A stretch of DNA of 44,564 bases from Candidatus Limadaptatus stercorigallinarum. GTDB lineage: Bacteria; Bacillota; Clostridia; Christensenellales; CAG-917. A program made the translations under genes and the position numbers. Positions 15,125 to 24,386 of this stretch are shown piece by piece. Each line of letters opens with the position of its first letter. The first letter of the stretch is position 1. The stretch is from positions 1 to 44,564 of the forward strand of contig DVMN01000053.1 in the NCBI GenBank assembly GCA_018714975.1, read 5' to 3'. Under the pieces are notes generated by a model that worked only from the letters and a program-made list of their open reading frames with translations, searched no databases and was not told where the DNA came from.

Positions 15125-16050
15125 CAAAGGTTTTCATTGACGGCAGGGAAGGCACGACGGGGCTGCGCATATACGAGCGGCTGCTCGGAAGAGAGGGGAC
15201 GGAAGTCATAATCCTTCCCGAGGAAAAACGCAAGGACCCCGCGGCGCGACGGGAGGCGATATTCGCTTCCGACGTGACTTTCCTGTGTCTGCCGGACGCC
15301 GCGGCGAAAGAGTCCGCCGCGCTTGCGGAAGGGTCGGACGCCGTGATTATAGACGCGTCCACCGCGCACCGCACCGCGCCCGGCTGGGAATACGGCTTTC
15401 CGGAGCTCGGCGGCGGGAGAGCGGAAAGGATAGCGCGTTCGCGGCGCATCGCCGTGCCGGGGTGTCACGCTTCGGGCTTTGTCGCGCTGGTGAGTCCGCT
15501 CGTCAAAGCGGGGATAGTGCCGCGGGAAGCGGAGCTTGTCTGTATGTCTCTCACGGGATACAGCGGCGGCGGCAAGAAAATGATTGCGCAGTACGAAGCG
15601 TCGGAGGGGGCTATGCGCGCTCCGCGGCAGTACGGCATAGCGCAGACGCACAAGCATCTGCCCGAAATGACCGCCGTGACGGGGTTGTCCTCGCCTCCCG
15701 TGTTCTGTCCCGTCGTTGCGGATTTTTATTCGGGAATGGAAGTGACGGTGCCGCTTTTTGCGAAGGACATTGCGGCAAGCGCGGCGGATATAGCAAAGAT
15801 ATACGGGGAGCTTTACGACGGGGAGATAGTCTTTTTCCGCGAAAACTGCGACGAGGACGGCTTTCTGTCCGCGGCGGCGTATTCGGGGACGGACTGTATG
15901 GAGATTTCCGTGCACGGGTCGGAGGACAGGATACTTCTCGTCGCGAGATACGACAATCTGGGCAAGGGCGCGTCGGGTGCGGCGGTGGAGTGTATGAACA
16001 TCGCTCTCGGCTTGCCGCCCGCGACGGGACTGGAACTGACGAAAAGGTGA
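15121..16050 (+). CDS. argC: N-acetyl-gamma-glutamyl-phosphate reductase (short, type-2 form)
   Basis: IDGREGTTGLRI...IAVPGCHASGF...LTGYSGGGKKMI...RYDNLGKGASGAAVECMN. The GTG start overlaps the argH stop (GTGA). Confidence 0.9.
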   Translation: MTKVFIDGREGTTGLRIYERLLGREGTEVIILPEEKRKDPAARREAIFASDVTFLCLPDAAAKESAALAEGSDAVIIDASTAHRTAPGWEYGFPELGGGRAERIARSRRIAVPGCHASGFVALVSPLVKAGIVPREAELVCMSLTGYSGGGKKMIAQYEASEGAMRAPRQYGIAQTHKHLPEMTAVTGLSSPPVFCPVVADFYSGMEVTVPLFAKDIAASAADIAKIYGELYDGEIVFFRENCDEDGFLSAAAYSGTDCMEISVHGSEDRILLVARYDNLGKGASGAAVECMNIALGLPPATGLELTKR

Positions 16051-16125
16051 CTGCGGCCCGAAAAGGGTGTATAATCGGAATTGCGCCGTGCGGATTTCCC
16101 GTCGGGGCGCGGAGTGAAGATAAAG

Positions 16126-17361
16126 ATGACGGATATGAACTCGGAAGAAATAAAGTTTATAAAGGGCGGCGCGTGCGCGCCCGAAGGATTTCTGGCGGCG
16201 GGGGTTTACTGCGGCATACGCCGCAACCGTTCCAAAAAGGACCTCGCCCTGCTTTACAGCAAGACGCCCGCGGCGGCAGCCGCGGTGTATACGCGCAACC
16301 GCGTGAAAGGCGCGCCGCTTGCCGTGACGAAAGCGCACGTCGACGGCGGAAAGATAAGCGCAGTCATATGCAACAGCGGCATTGCGAACACCTGTTGCGC
16401 GGGCGGGCGCGAGATTGCCGAAAGGACCTGCGAACTGACGGGCGAAGCGCTCGGCATTCCCGCGGAGCAGGTGGCAGTGGCGTCCACGGGCGTCATCGGA
16501 CAGCCTCTCGACATCGCGCCGATTGCAAAGGGCATTCCCGAACTCGTGCGCGCTCTGTCGCGCGACTCGTCGGGCGCGGCGCAGGCGATTATGACCACGG
16601 ACACCGTTGAAAAACAGGTCGCGGTCGAGTTCGAGCTGGACGGCAGGACGTGCAGAATCGGCGGTATGGCGAAAGGGTCGGGAATGATACATCCAGATAT
16701 GGCGACAATGCTCGTCTACCTCACGTCCGACGTGAACATCACCGCCGAAATGCTGCAAAAGGCACTTTCCGGGGACGTCGGGAACACGTTCAATATGTTG
16801 AGCGTGGACGGCGACACTTCCACCAACGATATGGTGCTGCTGCTCGCCAACGGCGAAGCGGGCAACAGTGAAATAAACTGCGAAAACGACGCATTCCGCA
16901 CTTTTATGTGCGCACTCAATACGGTAAACGTCGCGTTGTGCAGAATGCTGGCGGGTGACGGCGAGGGCGCGACGAAACTTCTCGACTGCGTTGTCACGGG
17001 CGCGGCGACGGAGGCGGACGCGAAACTCGGCGCAAAAGCGGTGATATGTTCCTCACTTGTCAAAGCCGCAATGTTCGGCGCGGACGCGAACTGGGGCAGG
17101 GTGCTGTGCGCGCTGGGATACAGCGGCGCGGCGTTCGACCCCGAGAGCGTGGGCGTGACTTTCCGCTCCGCGGCGGGAGAGGTCGAAGTGTGCAGGGCGG
17201 GCGCTCCGACGGACTTTTCGGAAGAAAAGGCGAAGGAAGTGCTTTCGGAAAAGGAAATCGAGATTGCGGTGTCGTTGGGCGGAGGCGGTTTTTCCGCGGA
17301 AGCGTGGGGGTGCGACCTCACTTACGGCTATGTGAAGATAAACGGCGATTACAGGACTTAG
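16126..17361 (+). CDS. argJ: bifunctional ornithine acetyltransferase / N-acetylglutamate synthase
   Basis: GFLAAGVYCGIR...IMTTDT...GMAKGSGMIHPDMATML (autoprocessing site)...DLTYGYVKINGDYRT. The start is placed at the ATG at 16126. Confidence 0.9.
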   Translation: MTDMNSEEIKFIKGGACAPEGFLAAGVYCGIRRNRSKKDLALLYSKTPAAAAAVYTRNRVKGAPLAVTKAHVDGGKISAVICNSGIANTCCAGGREIAERTCELTGEALGIPAEQVAVASTGVIGQPLDIAPIAKGIPELVRALSRDSSGAAQAIMTTDTVEKQVAVEFELDGRTCRIGGMAKGSGMIHPDMATMLVYLTSDVNITAEMLQKALSGDVGNTFNMLSVDGDTSTNDMVLLLANGEAGNSEINCENDAFRTFMCALNTVNVALCRMLAGDGEGATKLLDCVVTGAATEADAKLGAKAVICSSLVKAAMFGADANWGRVLCALGYSGAAFDPESVGVTFRSAAGEVEVCRAGAPTDFSEEKAKEVLSEKEIEIAVSLGGGGFSAEAWGCDLTYGYVKINGDYRT

Positions 17362-17370
17362 GAGGCGGTT

Positions 17371-18243
17371 ATGTTCATCGACAACGAGCTCAGGGCGGAA
17401 GTGCTCACGGAGGCTCTGCCTTACATCAGGAAATACAGCGGCAAAATTCTGCTCGTCAAATACGGCGGCAGCGCAATGACGGACGAAACCCTCAAAAAAG
17501 CGGTGATGGGCGATTTGGTGCTGCTTTCGCTCATCGGCGTGAAAGTGGTGCTCGTCCACGGCGGCGGTCCCGAAATCACGGAAATGCTCGGCAAGCTCGG
17601 CAAAAAGTCCGTGTTCGTGGACGGACTGCGCGTGACGGACGCGGAGACCGCGGACGTGGTGCAGATGGTGCTCGCGGGCAAGGTCAACAAGGGGCTTGTC
17701 AACCTCATTCAGAGCCTGGGCGGCAAGGCTATGGGGCTTTCGGGTGCGGACGGCGGACTCATCTGCGCCACACAGCTCGACCCCAAACTCGGCTTTGTGG
17801 GTGAGATTTCCTCTCTCAACGTCCAGCCCGTGCTCGACGTGCTCGAAAAGGGTTACATCCCCGTCATTTCCACCGTCGGCTGCGACGCGGACGGCAACGT
17901 GTACAACATCAACGCGGACACCGCGGCGGCGAGGATTGCGGGAATGCTCAAAGCGGAAAGTTTAATCAATATGACGGACACCGCGGGCCTTCTGGAAGAC
18001 GAAAAGGACGAGAGCACTCTCATACACAAAATCTTCGTCAGCGACGCGCAGCGTATGGTCAATCACGGCGAGCTTTCGGGAGGGATGATACCCAAGGTCA
18101 ACTGCTGCATAGAGGCAATCCGCCGCGGCGTGAAAAAGGTGTTCATCATCGACGGCAGAGTGCCGCACTCAATACTCATCGAAACTCTGACCGACGCCGG
18201 AATAGGCACGATGTTCGTGTCGGGTGAAAACTATGACGATTGA
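17371..18243 (+). CDS. argB: acetylglutamate kinase
   Basis: ALPYIRKYSGKILLVKYGGSAM...VVLVHGGGPEI...NINADTAA. Confidence 0.95.
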   Translation: MFIDNELRAEVLTEALPYIRKYSGKILLVKYGGSAMTDETLKKAVMGDLVLLSLIGVKVVLVHGGGPEITEMLGKLGKKSVFVDGLRVTDAETADVVQMVLAGKVNKGLVNLIQSLGGKAMGLSGADGGLICATQLDPKLGFVGEISSLNVQPVLDVLEKGYIPVISTVGCDADGNVYNINADTAAARIAGMLKAESLINMTDTAGLLEDEKDESTLIHKIFVSDAQRMVNHGELSGGMIPKVNCCIEAIRRGVKKVFIIDGRVPHSILIETLTDAGIGTMFVSGENYDD

Positions 18244-19396
18244 AGAAAAGGACCGCGAATACGTTGCGTCGACATACGCGCGTTTTCCCGTGCGGCTCGT
18301 GCGCGGGGAAGGCGCGACGCTTTACGACGCGGACGGAAAGAGCTATATCGACCTCGGCAGCGGGATAGGCGTGAGCATATTCGGCACGGCGGACGCGGAA
18401 TGGGCGGCTGCGGTGAGCGCGCAGCTGCGCACCTTGCAGCACGCGTCCAACCTCTATTACACGGACCCGTGCGTCCTGCTCGCGGAAGCGCTGTGCAAGC
18501 GGTCGGGGATGAAGAAAGTTTTCTTTTCCAACTCCGGCGCGGAGGCGAACGAGTGTGCGATAAAGACGGCGCGCAAGTGGGGAGAGGAGCACAAGGGTGC
18601 GGAGTATTACAACATAGCCGTGCTCAAAGGCGGCTTCCACGGCAGGACTCTCGCCGCGCTCGCCGCGACGGGACAGGAAGAATATCACAAGGATTTCCTG
18701 CCGCTCACTCCCGGCTTTGTCTGTGTGGACGCGGAGGACGCTGAGGGATTGGAGCGTGCGGTCACGGAAAACAAGTGCGCGGCGGTGATGCTTGAAACCA
18801 TACAGGGCGAGGGCGGCGTCGTTCCCCTCTCCGAAGGCTTTCTGCACGCGGCGGCGGACATCGCCGCAAAACACGGCGTGCTTCTGATTATAGACGAAGT
18901 GCAGACGGGTATGGGCAGGACGGGCAAGTTCTATTCCTATATGCATTACGGCATAACTCCCGACATCGTCACTTCCGCAAAGGGGCTGGGCGGCGGTCTG
19001 CCGATTGGCGCGACCCTGTTCGGGGAAAGGACGGCGGACGTGCTGACCCCGGGCACGCACGGTTCGACTTTCGGAGGGAATCCCGCCGTGTGCGCAGGCG
19101 CGCTCAACATCGTGGGCAGACTGACGGACGAGTTCCTCTGTGAAGTTGCGGAGAAGGGAGAAAAGCTGCGCTCCGCCCTCGCAGGAAGCAAAGGGATAAA
19201 GAACGTGACGGGACGCGGGCTTATGCTCGGCGTCGCCGCGGAGCGACCTGCGGCAGACGTGCTCGCAAGGCTCAGGGACGAGGGCGTGCTCGCGCTCAAA
19301 GCAAAGGATAAGGTGCGGCTGCTGCCGCCGCTCAACATCACGGCGGAGGAGCTTGACCGCGCCGCGGAAATCATAAAGAAGGTGTGTGCCGAATGA
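18224..19396 (+). CDS. argD: acetylornithine aminotransferase
   Basis: Class-III aminotransferase signature: YARFPV...GEGATLYDADGKSYIDL...FFSNSGAEANE...LIIDEVQTGMGRTGK...TSAKGLGGG. The start is GTG at 18224 or ATG at 18233, and both overlap the argB end. Confidence 0.9.
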   Translation: MKTMTIEEKDREYVASTYARFPVRLVRGEGATLYDADGKSYIDLGSGIGVSIFGTADAEWAAAVSAQLRTLQHASNLYYTDPCVLLAEALCKRSGMKKVFFSNSGAEANECAIKTARKWGEEHKGAEYYNIAVLKGGFHGRTLAALAATGQEEYHKDFLPLTPGFVCVDAEDAEGLERAVTENKCAAVMLETIQGEGGVVPLSEGFLHAAADIAAKHGVLLIIDEVQTGMGRTGKFYSYMHYGITPDIVTSAKGLGGGLPIGATLFGERTADVLTPGTHGSTFGGNPAVCAGALNIVGRLTDEFLCEVAEKGEKLRSALAGSKGIKNVTGRGLMLGVAAERPAADVLARLRDEGVLALKAKDKVRLLPPLNITAEELDRAAEIIKKVCAE

Positions 19397-20295
19397 AAAA
19401 TCTGCTCAAACTTATGGACCTCTCCGAAAAGGAGATTATCGAGATACTCAACACCGCCGACCAACTCAAATTCGAAAAGAAGAACGGCATTCCCCACCGC
19501 CTGCTGGAAGGCAAGACGCTGGGACTTATATTCGCCAAGTCCTCGACGAGGACGCGCGTTTCCTTCGAGGTCGGGATGTTCGACCTCGGCGGCACGTCGC
19601 TCTTTCTCAGCTCCCGCGATTTGCAGATAGGCAGGGGAGAGATAGTGCAGGACACGGCGCGCGTGCTGTCGCGCTATCTCGACGGCATTATGATACGCAC
19701 CTTCGACCAGAAGGAAGTGGAGGCTCTTGCGGAGTTCGGCACCATCCCCATCATCAACGGGCTGACGGACTACTGCCATCCCTGCCAGGTACTCGCCGAC
19801 CTTATGACCATAAGGGAATACAAGGGCGATTTCGCGGGCAGAAAACTGTGTTATGTCGGCGACGGCAACAATATGACCAACTCGCTCATCGTGGGCGGCA
19901 TAAAACTGGGGATGAAGGTCGCGGTGGCTTGCCCCAAAGGCTACGAACCCGACGCGGAGATTATGAAATGGGCGTACGCGACGGGGGATTTCGAATGCGG
20001 AGAAGACGTGCTCGAAATGGCGAAAGATTCCGACGTGCTGTACACCGACGTTTGGGCGTCCATGGGACAGGAAGCGGAGGCGGAAGAGCGCAAAAAGGTG
20101 TTTAAGCAATACCAAATCAACGATAAAGTGCTCGGAGTGTCGCGTCCCGACGCAATGGTGCTGCATTGTCTGCCCGCGCACCGCGAGGAGGAAATCACCT
20201 CGAAAGTGTTCGAGGAGCATTCCAAAGAAATCTTCGACGAGGCGGAAAACCGTCTGCACGCACAAAAGGCGGCCCTCGTTAAATGCCTGCGCTGA
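19393..20295 (+). CDS. argF: ornithine carbamoyltransferase
   Basis: FAKSSTRTRVSFE...HPCQVLADL...HCLPAHREEEIT. The ATG overlaps the argD stop (ATGA). Confidence 0.9.
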   Translation: MKNLLKLMDLSEKEIIEILNTADQLKFEKKNGIPHRLLEGKTLGLIFAKSSTRTRVSFEVGMFDLGGTSLFLSSRDLQIGRGEIVQDTARVLSRYLDGIMIRTFDQKEVEALAEFGTIPIINGLTDYCHPCQVLADLMTIREYKGDFAGRKLCYVGDGNNMTNSLIVGGIKLGMKVAVACPKGYEPDAEIMKWAYATGDFECGEDVLEMAKDSDVLYTDVWASMGQEAEAEERKKVFKQYQINDKVLGVSRPDAMVLHCLPAHREEEITSKVFEEHSKEIFDEAENRLHAQKAALVKCLR

Positions 20296-20336
20296 CCGCG
20301 CGGCGGAAAGGGCAAAACCGAAAGGCAAAATAAAAG

Positions 20337-20368
20337 ACAGCCTCCGCAAAGGAGGCTGTTTTCATTTT
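20337..20368 (+). terminator. intrinsic terminator of the arg cluster
   Basis: ACAGCCTCC-GCAAA-GGAGGCTGT followed by TTTTCATTTT. Confidence 0.8.
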
Positions 20369-20420
20369 GTATTATTGCGTCGGCTCCGCGGCTGCCGCCG
20401 TTTGTCAGAAAGAGCAGAGC

Positions 20421-20645
20421 GGACTCAATAGTGAGGGGTGCGGTGCGGAAGCGCCGAATGGTCTGTGCCGCCCTCCGTCACGGACTACCGTAGCCCGCAG
20501 ACAAGGGTGGTGCGTGACGGACGGCAAGAGTGAGGGATGCGGTGCGGAAGCGCCGAATGGTTTGTGCCGTAGTTCGTCACGGACTGCCGTTACCCCGCGG
20601 ACAAGAGCGGTGCGTGACGGACTCAATAGTGAGGGGTGCGGGGAT
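20421..20645. repeat. tandem repeat, unit about 98-100 bp, about 2.25 copies
   Basis: Unit A is 20421-20518, unit B is 20519-20618, and partial unit C starts at 20619 and repeats GGACTCAATAGTGAGGGGTGCGG. Each unit has CGGTGC-GGAA-GCGCCG and GTCACG...CGTGAC hairpin potential. Confidence 0.9.
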
Positions 20646-20650
20646 TAAAT

Positions 20651-20686
20651 CCCCGCAATCCCCGCAATCCCCGCAATCTCCGCATT
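20651..20686. repeat. 9-bp microsatellite CCCCGCAAT x3 plus one degenerate copy
   Basis: The sequence is CCCCGCAATCCCCGCAATCCCCGCAATCTCCGCATT. It abuts the stop codon of the ABC transporter (20688-20690). The preceding GCGGGGA (20638-20644) can pair with any copy. Confidence 0.9.
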
Positions 20687-20687
20687 G

Positions 20688-23321
20688 TCAGTCTTCGTGC
20701 AGACAGGTGACCGGGTCTTTCTTGGACGCGATGCGCGAGGGGATGAAGCCCGCGAGGATTGCAAGCACGACGCTTATGCCTATCATCATTACGGCGTGCC
20801 ACCACTCGATTTGCAGCAGGTTGCCGACGTGCAGATAGTGCTGCATAACGAGGTTGATGGGCATAAACAGTATCGCCGCGATAATTACGCCGAGTATTCC
20901 CGCCACAAGCCCTATGAGGGCGGACTCCGAAATGAACACGCGGGATATGTCTTTCTTTCTTGCGCCGAGGCTTCGCAGTACGCCTATCTCCTTGCGGCGT
21001 TCCAGCACGGAAGTGTAGATGATGATTGCAATCATAATCGACGACACGATGAGGGAGATGGCGGCGAACCCGACCAGCACGCCCGTCACGGTGCCCGTGA
21101 GGCTGTCGACATAGGTCATCATCGTGCCCAGGTCGTCGGTGTACTTGACCGTGGAGCCGGACTCCGCGTTGTAGTCGGCGATGAACTGTTCGATTGCCGC
21201 TTTGTCACTGAGGGAGTTGGCATAGATGTTGATGGTGACGGGATTGTCCGTGTCCGCAATGCCGAGCTCGCGCATAAGCGACATATAGGTTTCCGCGTCT
21301 ATTTCAGCCCCGTCTTCGAGGATGTTGTAATACATCGTATCGTTCCCCGATTGGTGCGCGGTGGCGGTGAGCGCTTCGGCGACGTCGCTCTGTGCCGCAC
21401 GGTCGGAGAGATATTCCGTCAGCGCGTGAGTGTAGGCGATGTTGCCGTTTATGGAGGTCACCTGCGTGCCTTCGCGGGGACGTATGACGCCGACCACCGT
21501 TACGGGCACACTGTGGCTTTCCACGAACTCTATCTGTCTTTGTTCGGTGCGGTCGGAAACCATCGACCAGCTGCCGTCTGCGTTCTGATAGTAATAATCG
21601 GAGCTGGTCGTCACGCGGTATTCTATGCCGATGAGGTCGTCCGCACTGTAATCCTGCGACACGAAGTCGTCGCCGTTCATTATGGCGTCGACGAGTTCGG
21701 AAGTGTCTTTGAGACCGAGCGCGAAGAGGGTGTAGTCGTTGAGGGAGTTTTCTTCGTCGAGGACGATGACGACTTCGTCATAGTTCTGCGGCCAGCGGGA
21801 ATTTTCGCCGACCAGCTCGTACTGACTGTCGAGCAGGGAAGTGTTTTCCAGCATTTCGTCCCACACCGTGAGCATATCGCCGAACTGCTCAATCATATCC
21901 ATATACGGACCGAGCAGCCCCGAAAGACCGCCGAGGGCAGCCTCGATGCCTTCCGTGAACGGGTCGACTTTGAGATAGGTTTCGGGGTCGTTGATGTAAT
22001 TGCAGAAGACGTCGAAGTCCACGCCGTAGTCGTATTTGACATAACCCATATCGCTGTCGAAGTTTTCTTCGATGTAGGTTTTCAGCGCGGCGAGGTCGTT
22101 GGTGTCGTCGAGCACGGCGGAAAGATGTTCGAGAAGTCTGCCTATGATTTGGTTTATGTAAACTTCGTCCGTGTAGGGCCAGTCCTCGCGGTCCTCGTTA
22201 TCCTGCATAAGTATGCTGATGACGGAGTTCAGGTCGGAGTTGGTGCGGTTTATCTCGATGGGATACTGCGAAAGCACGTCCTCTTCCATCGAGGCGATGT
22301 ATGCCTGCGCGCCGCCCGAAAGGGCAAGGACGAGGATGATGCCGATGATGCCTATGCTGCCCGCAAGCGCGGTGAGAATAGTGCGTCCCTTTTTGCTGAT
22401 GAGATTGGTGAAACTCAGCGACGCCGCCGTGCCGAGGGACATTGCGGCGTATGAACCGGCGGCCTTGTCGCCGCGCTTCTTTGCACGGCGCTTGCGCGTT
22501 TTTGAGGTTGAAACGGCTTTTTCAGGCGCGTAAACCTCGTTTTCCGTCATTTCTTCCGCGGGGACTTCTTCCGCAGAAGTCGTTTCTTCCGCAGCGGCTT
22601 GCTGCGGCGCGGACTCTTCCGCGCTCTCTTCGTCGGGAGCGTAAGGCGCGCTGTCGCTCGTCACCACGCCGTCGCGCAGGTCGATTATTCTCTTGCTGTA
22701 TTTTTCGGCAAGAGCGTTGTTGTGCGTCACCATCACGACGAGTTTTTCCTTCGCGACCTCTTGCAGCAGCTCCATAACCTGTTCGCCCGACTCGCTGTCC
22801 AGCGCTCCCGTGGGCTCGTCGGCGAGGATGATGTCGGGGTCGTTGACGATGGAGCGCGCGATGGCGACCCTCTGCATTTGTCCGCCCGAAAGCTGCGCGG
22901 GTTTCTTTTTCGCCTGGTCGGCAAGCCCCACGCGTTCCAGCGCGGCAAGGGCTTTTGCTTTGCGTTCCTCGGGAGGAAGACCCGCAATCGCCATACTCAT
23001 CTCGACGTTGCGTTGCACGGTGAGATGAGGGATGAGGTTGTAGGACTGAAAGACGAAGCCGATGCGGTGATTGCGATAGATGTCCCAGTCGTGGTCGGAA
23101 TAGTCCTTTGTGCTGACCCCGTCCACGAGGATGTCGCCGCTTGTATAACGGTCAAGCCCGCCGATGATGTTGAGCAGGGTGGTTTTACCGCAGCCCGACG
23201 GCCCCAGAATCGCCACAAATTCGCTCTTTCTGAAACGCAGATTCACGCCTTTCAGAACGTGGACGACGTTTTCTTTCGAAACGTAATCCTTTACTATATC
23301 TCTTAATTCCAGCATAAGCAT
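20688..23321 (-). CDS. fused ABC transporter ATP-binding / FtsX-type permease protein (MacB-like)
   Basis: The N-terminus has Walker [10 protein letters not shown], signature LSGGQMQR and Walker [12 protein letters not shown]. An acidic linker, a large extracytoplasmic domain and a C-terminal FtsX module ([19 protein letters not shown]) follow. Confidence 0.9.
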   Translation of the reverse strand: MLMLELRDIVKDYVSKENVVHVLKGVNLRFRKSEFVAILGPSGCGKTTLLNIIGGLDRYTSGDILVDGVSTKDYSDHDWDIYRNHRIGFVFQSYNLIPHLTVQRNVEMSMAIAGLPPEERKAKALAALERVGLADQAKKKPAQLSGGQMQRVAIARSIVNDPDIILADEPTGALDSESGEQVMELLQEVAKEKLVVMVTHNNALAEKYSKRIIDLRDGVVTSDSAPYAPDEESAEESAPQQAAAEETTSAEEVPAEEMTENEVYAPEKAVSTSKTRKRRAKKRGDKAAGSYAAMSLGTAASLSFTNLISKKGRTILTALAGSIGIIGIILVLALSGGAQAYIASMEEDVLSQYPIEINRTNSDLNSVISILMQDNEDREDWPYTDEVYINQIIGRLLEHLSAVLDDTNDLAALKTYIEENFDSDMGYVKYDYGVDFDVFCNYINDPETYLKVDPFTEGIEAALGGLSGLLGPYMDMIEQFGDMLTVWDEMLENTSLLDSQYELVGENSRWPQNYDEVVIVLDEENSLNDYTLFALGLKDTSELVDAIMNGDDFVSQDYSADDLIGIEYRVTTSSDYYYQNADGSWSMVSDRTEQRQIEFVESHSVPVTVVGVIRPREGTQVTSINGNIAYTHALTEYLSDRAAQSDVAEALTATAHQSGNDTMYYNILEDGAEIDAETYMSLMRELGIADTDNPVTINIYANSLSDKAAIEQFIADYNAESGSTVKYTDDLGTMMTYVDSLTGTVTGVLVGFAAISLIVSSIMIAIIIYTSVLERRKEIGVLRSLGARKKDISRVFISESALIGLVAGILGVIIAAILFMPINLVMQHYLHVGNLLQIEWWHAVMMIGISVVLAILAGFIPSRIASKKDPVTCLHED

Positions 23322-23520
23322 TTCCTCGTTTATGAAAGGAATTTGACACCTGCTTTGTTAAATTTGTGTTAAAGCTTAGCCGCAGATGTGTTAAATTTAT
23401 CCGAAAAACGCCGTCGAAAAACCGCGCATTGCTTTGCTTTTCGCCCTCTTATGTCAAAAGGGCGCCCGACGCGTCGTTTATAAACTTTTGCGCTTGCGGA
23501 GCACAACACCGAAAAAACGC

Positions 23521-23549
23521 TTGCGTATTTTTTCCCGCGGTGCTATAAT
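23521..23549 (+). promoter_or_regulatory. promoter TTGCGT-N17-TATAAT for tRNA-Ala
   Basis: TTGCGT is at 23521-23526, the spacer is 17 nt, and TATAAT is at 23544-23549, 11 nt before the tRNA 5' end. Confidence 0.55.
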
Positions 23550-23560
23550 GCGGAAGCTAC

Positions 23561-23636
23561 GGGGGCGTGGCTCAGCTGGTAGAGCGATGCGTTCGCAACG
23601 CATAGGTCAGGGGTTCGAGTCCCCTCGTCTCCACCA
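23561..23636 (+). tRNA. tRNA-Ala (anticodon CGC), CCA encoded
   Basis: Manual cloverleaf: acceptor GGGGGCG/CGTCTCC with the G3:U70 Ala identity pair, D arm GCTC-AGCTGGTA-GAGC, anticodon arm ATGCG-TTCGCAA-CGCAT, T arm AGGGG-TTCGAGT-CCCCT, discriminator A and CCA. Length 76 nt. Confidence 0.95.
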
Positions 23637-23675
23637 AAACATAAGGACACCGCAATGTCGGTGTCCTTATGTTTT
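23637..23675 (+). terminator. intrinsic terminator after tRNA-Ala
   Basis: A 13-bp stem CATAAGGACACCG/CGGTGTCCTTATG with a 6-nt loop, followed by TTTT. Confidence 0.8.
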
Positions 23676-24037
23676 GCGTGGTTATAGGGGAGCGAACCGG
23701 CGCGCAAAAGCGTTTTTCGTTCGAGGCACGGATTGATTTTCAAATGTGCGAGGACAGATAAGAGTGCGCGCAGGTTCGGCGGCTTGCTCCGCAAGACGCT
23801 TTCGCCCTTTACCGACGACGGGAGCGTGTCGGGAAACAAGCCGGAAGAAGAGCATATGCGCAGGATGATATTATGGCGAAGCTCCCCTCGTCGTCATACG
23901 TTTCCGAGAGGACTCTGCGGCGCGTCAGATATGTCATTCATAAAACCACAAAACAATTTTTTGGTGGGCTGTTTTTGGTTCATACGGGATGTTATCATTA
24001 AAGTGGTGAAAGCCGAAATACACCGTCGGAGACAATT

Positions 24038-24331
24038 ATGGGACTAGGAAAAAACAGATTTATACGCGGTATTTACGTCACAGGGTCGGTGAAATGTGTG
24101 CCGTTTTGTGCGGACGGAATCGATGCTCCGCGGAAAAACCATTATTTAAAGCTGCGCGCAGGCGGCGGAGCCGTATCCTATATCTCTTTATCGAACGGTA
24201 TGGCGTATGAAGTGAAGCAAGTGAAAAACGCAACGCGATTTTTCGAGACGGACGCCAGAGAGTGTGCCAACAAATGGAACGAAAAATACGGTTCGGTGTG
24301 TAGAGCGGCGGTTTTTTCTTGTACTGAATGA
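24038..24331 (+). CDS. hypothetical protein (97 aa) in a lower-GC patch
   Basis: GGAGA lies 5 nt before the ATG, and a strong terminator follows. I recognise no family. The local composition differs from the flanks. Confidence 0.3.
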   Translation: MGLGKNRFIRGIYVTGSVKCVPFCADGIDAPRKNHYLKLRAGGGAVSYISLSNGMAYEVKQVKNATRFFETDARECANKWNEKYGSVCRAAVFSCTE

Positions 24332-24344
24332 GTAAAAAATGAAC

Positions 24345-24386
24345 ACGCACAAGCGGCGGACTTAATCCACCGCTTGTGCGTTTTTA
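24345..24386 (+). terminator. strong hairpin terminator (12-bp stem)
   Basis: ACGCACAAGCGG-N13-CCGCTTGTGCGT followed by TTTTT. It lies between the hypothetical ORF and the integrase 3' end. Confidence 0.75.

Noticed and set aside
20367-20648. A 93-aa ORF encoding a repetitive protein (EGCGAEAPNGLCR repeated).
   Set aside because: It has no SD, and the start lies inside the argF terminator tail. The repetitiveness simply mirrors the DNA tandem repeat. The opposite strand is equally open.
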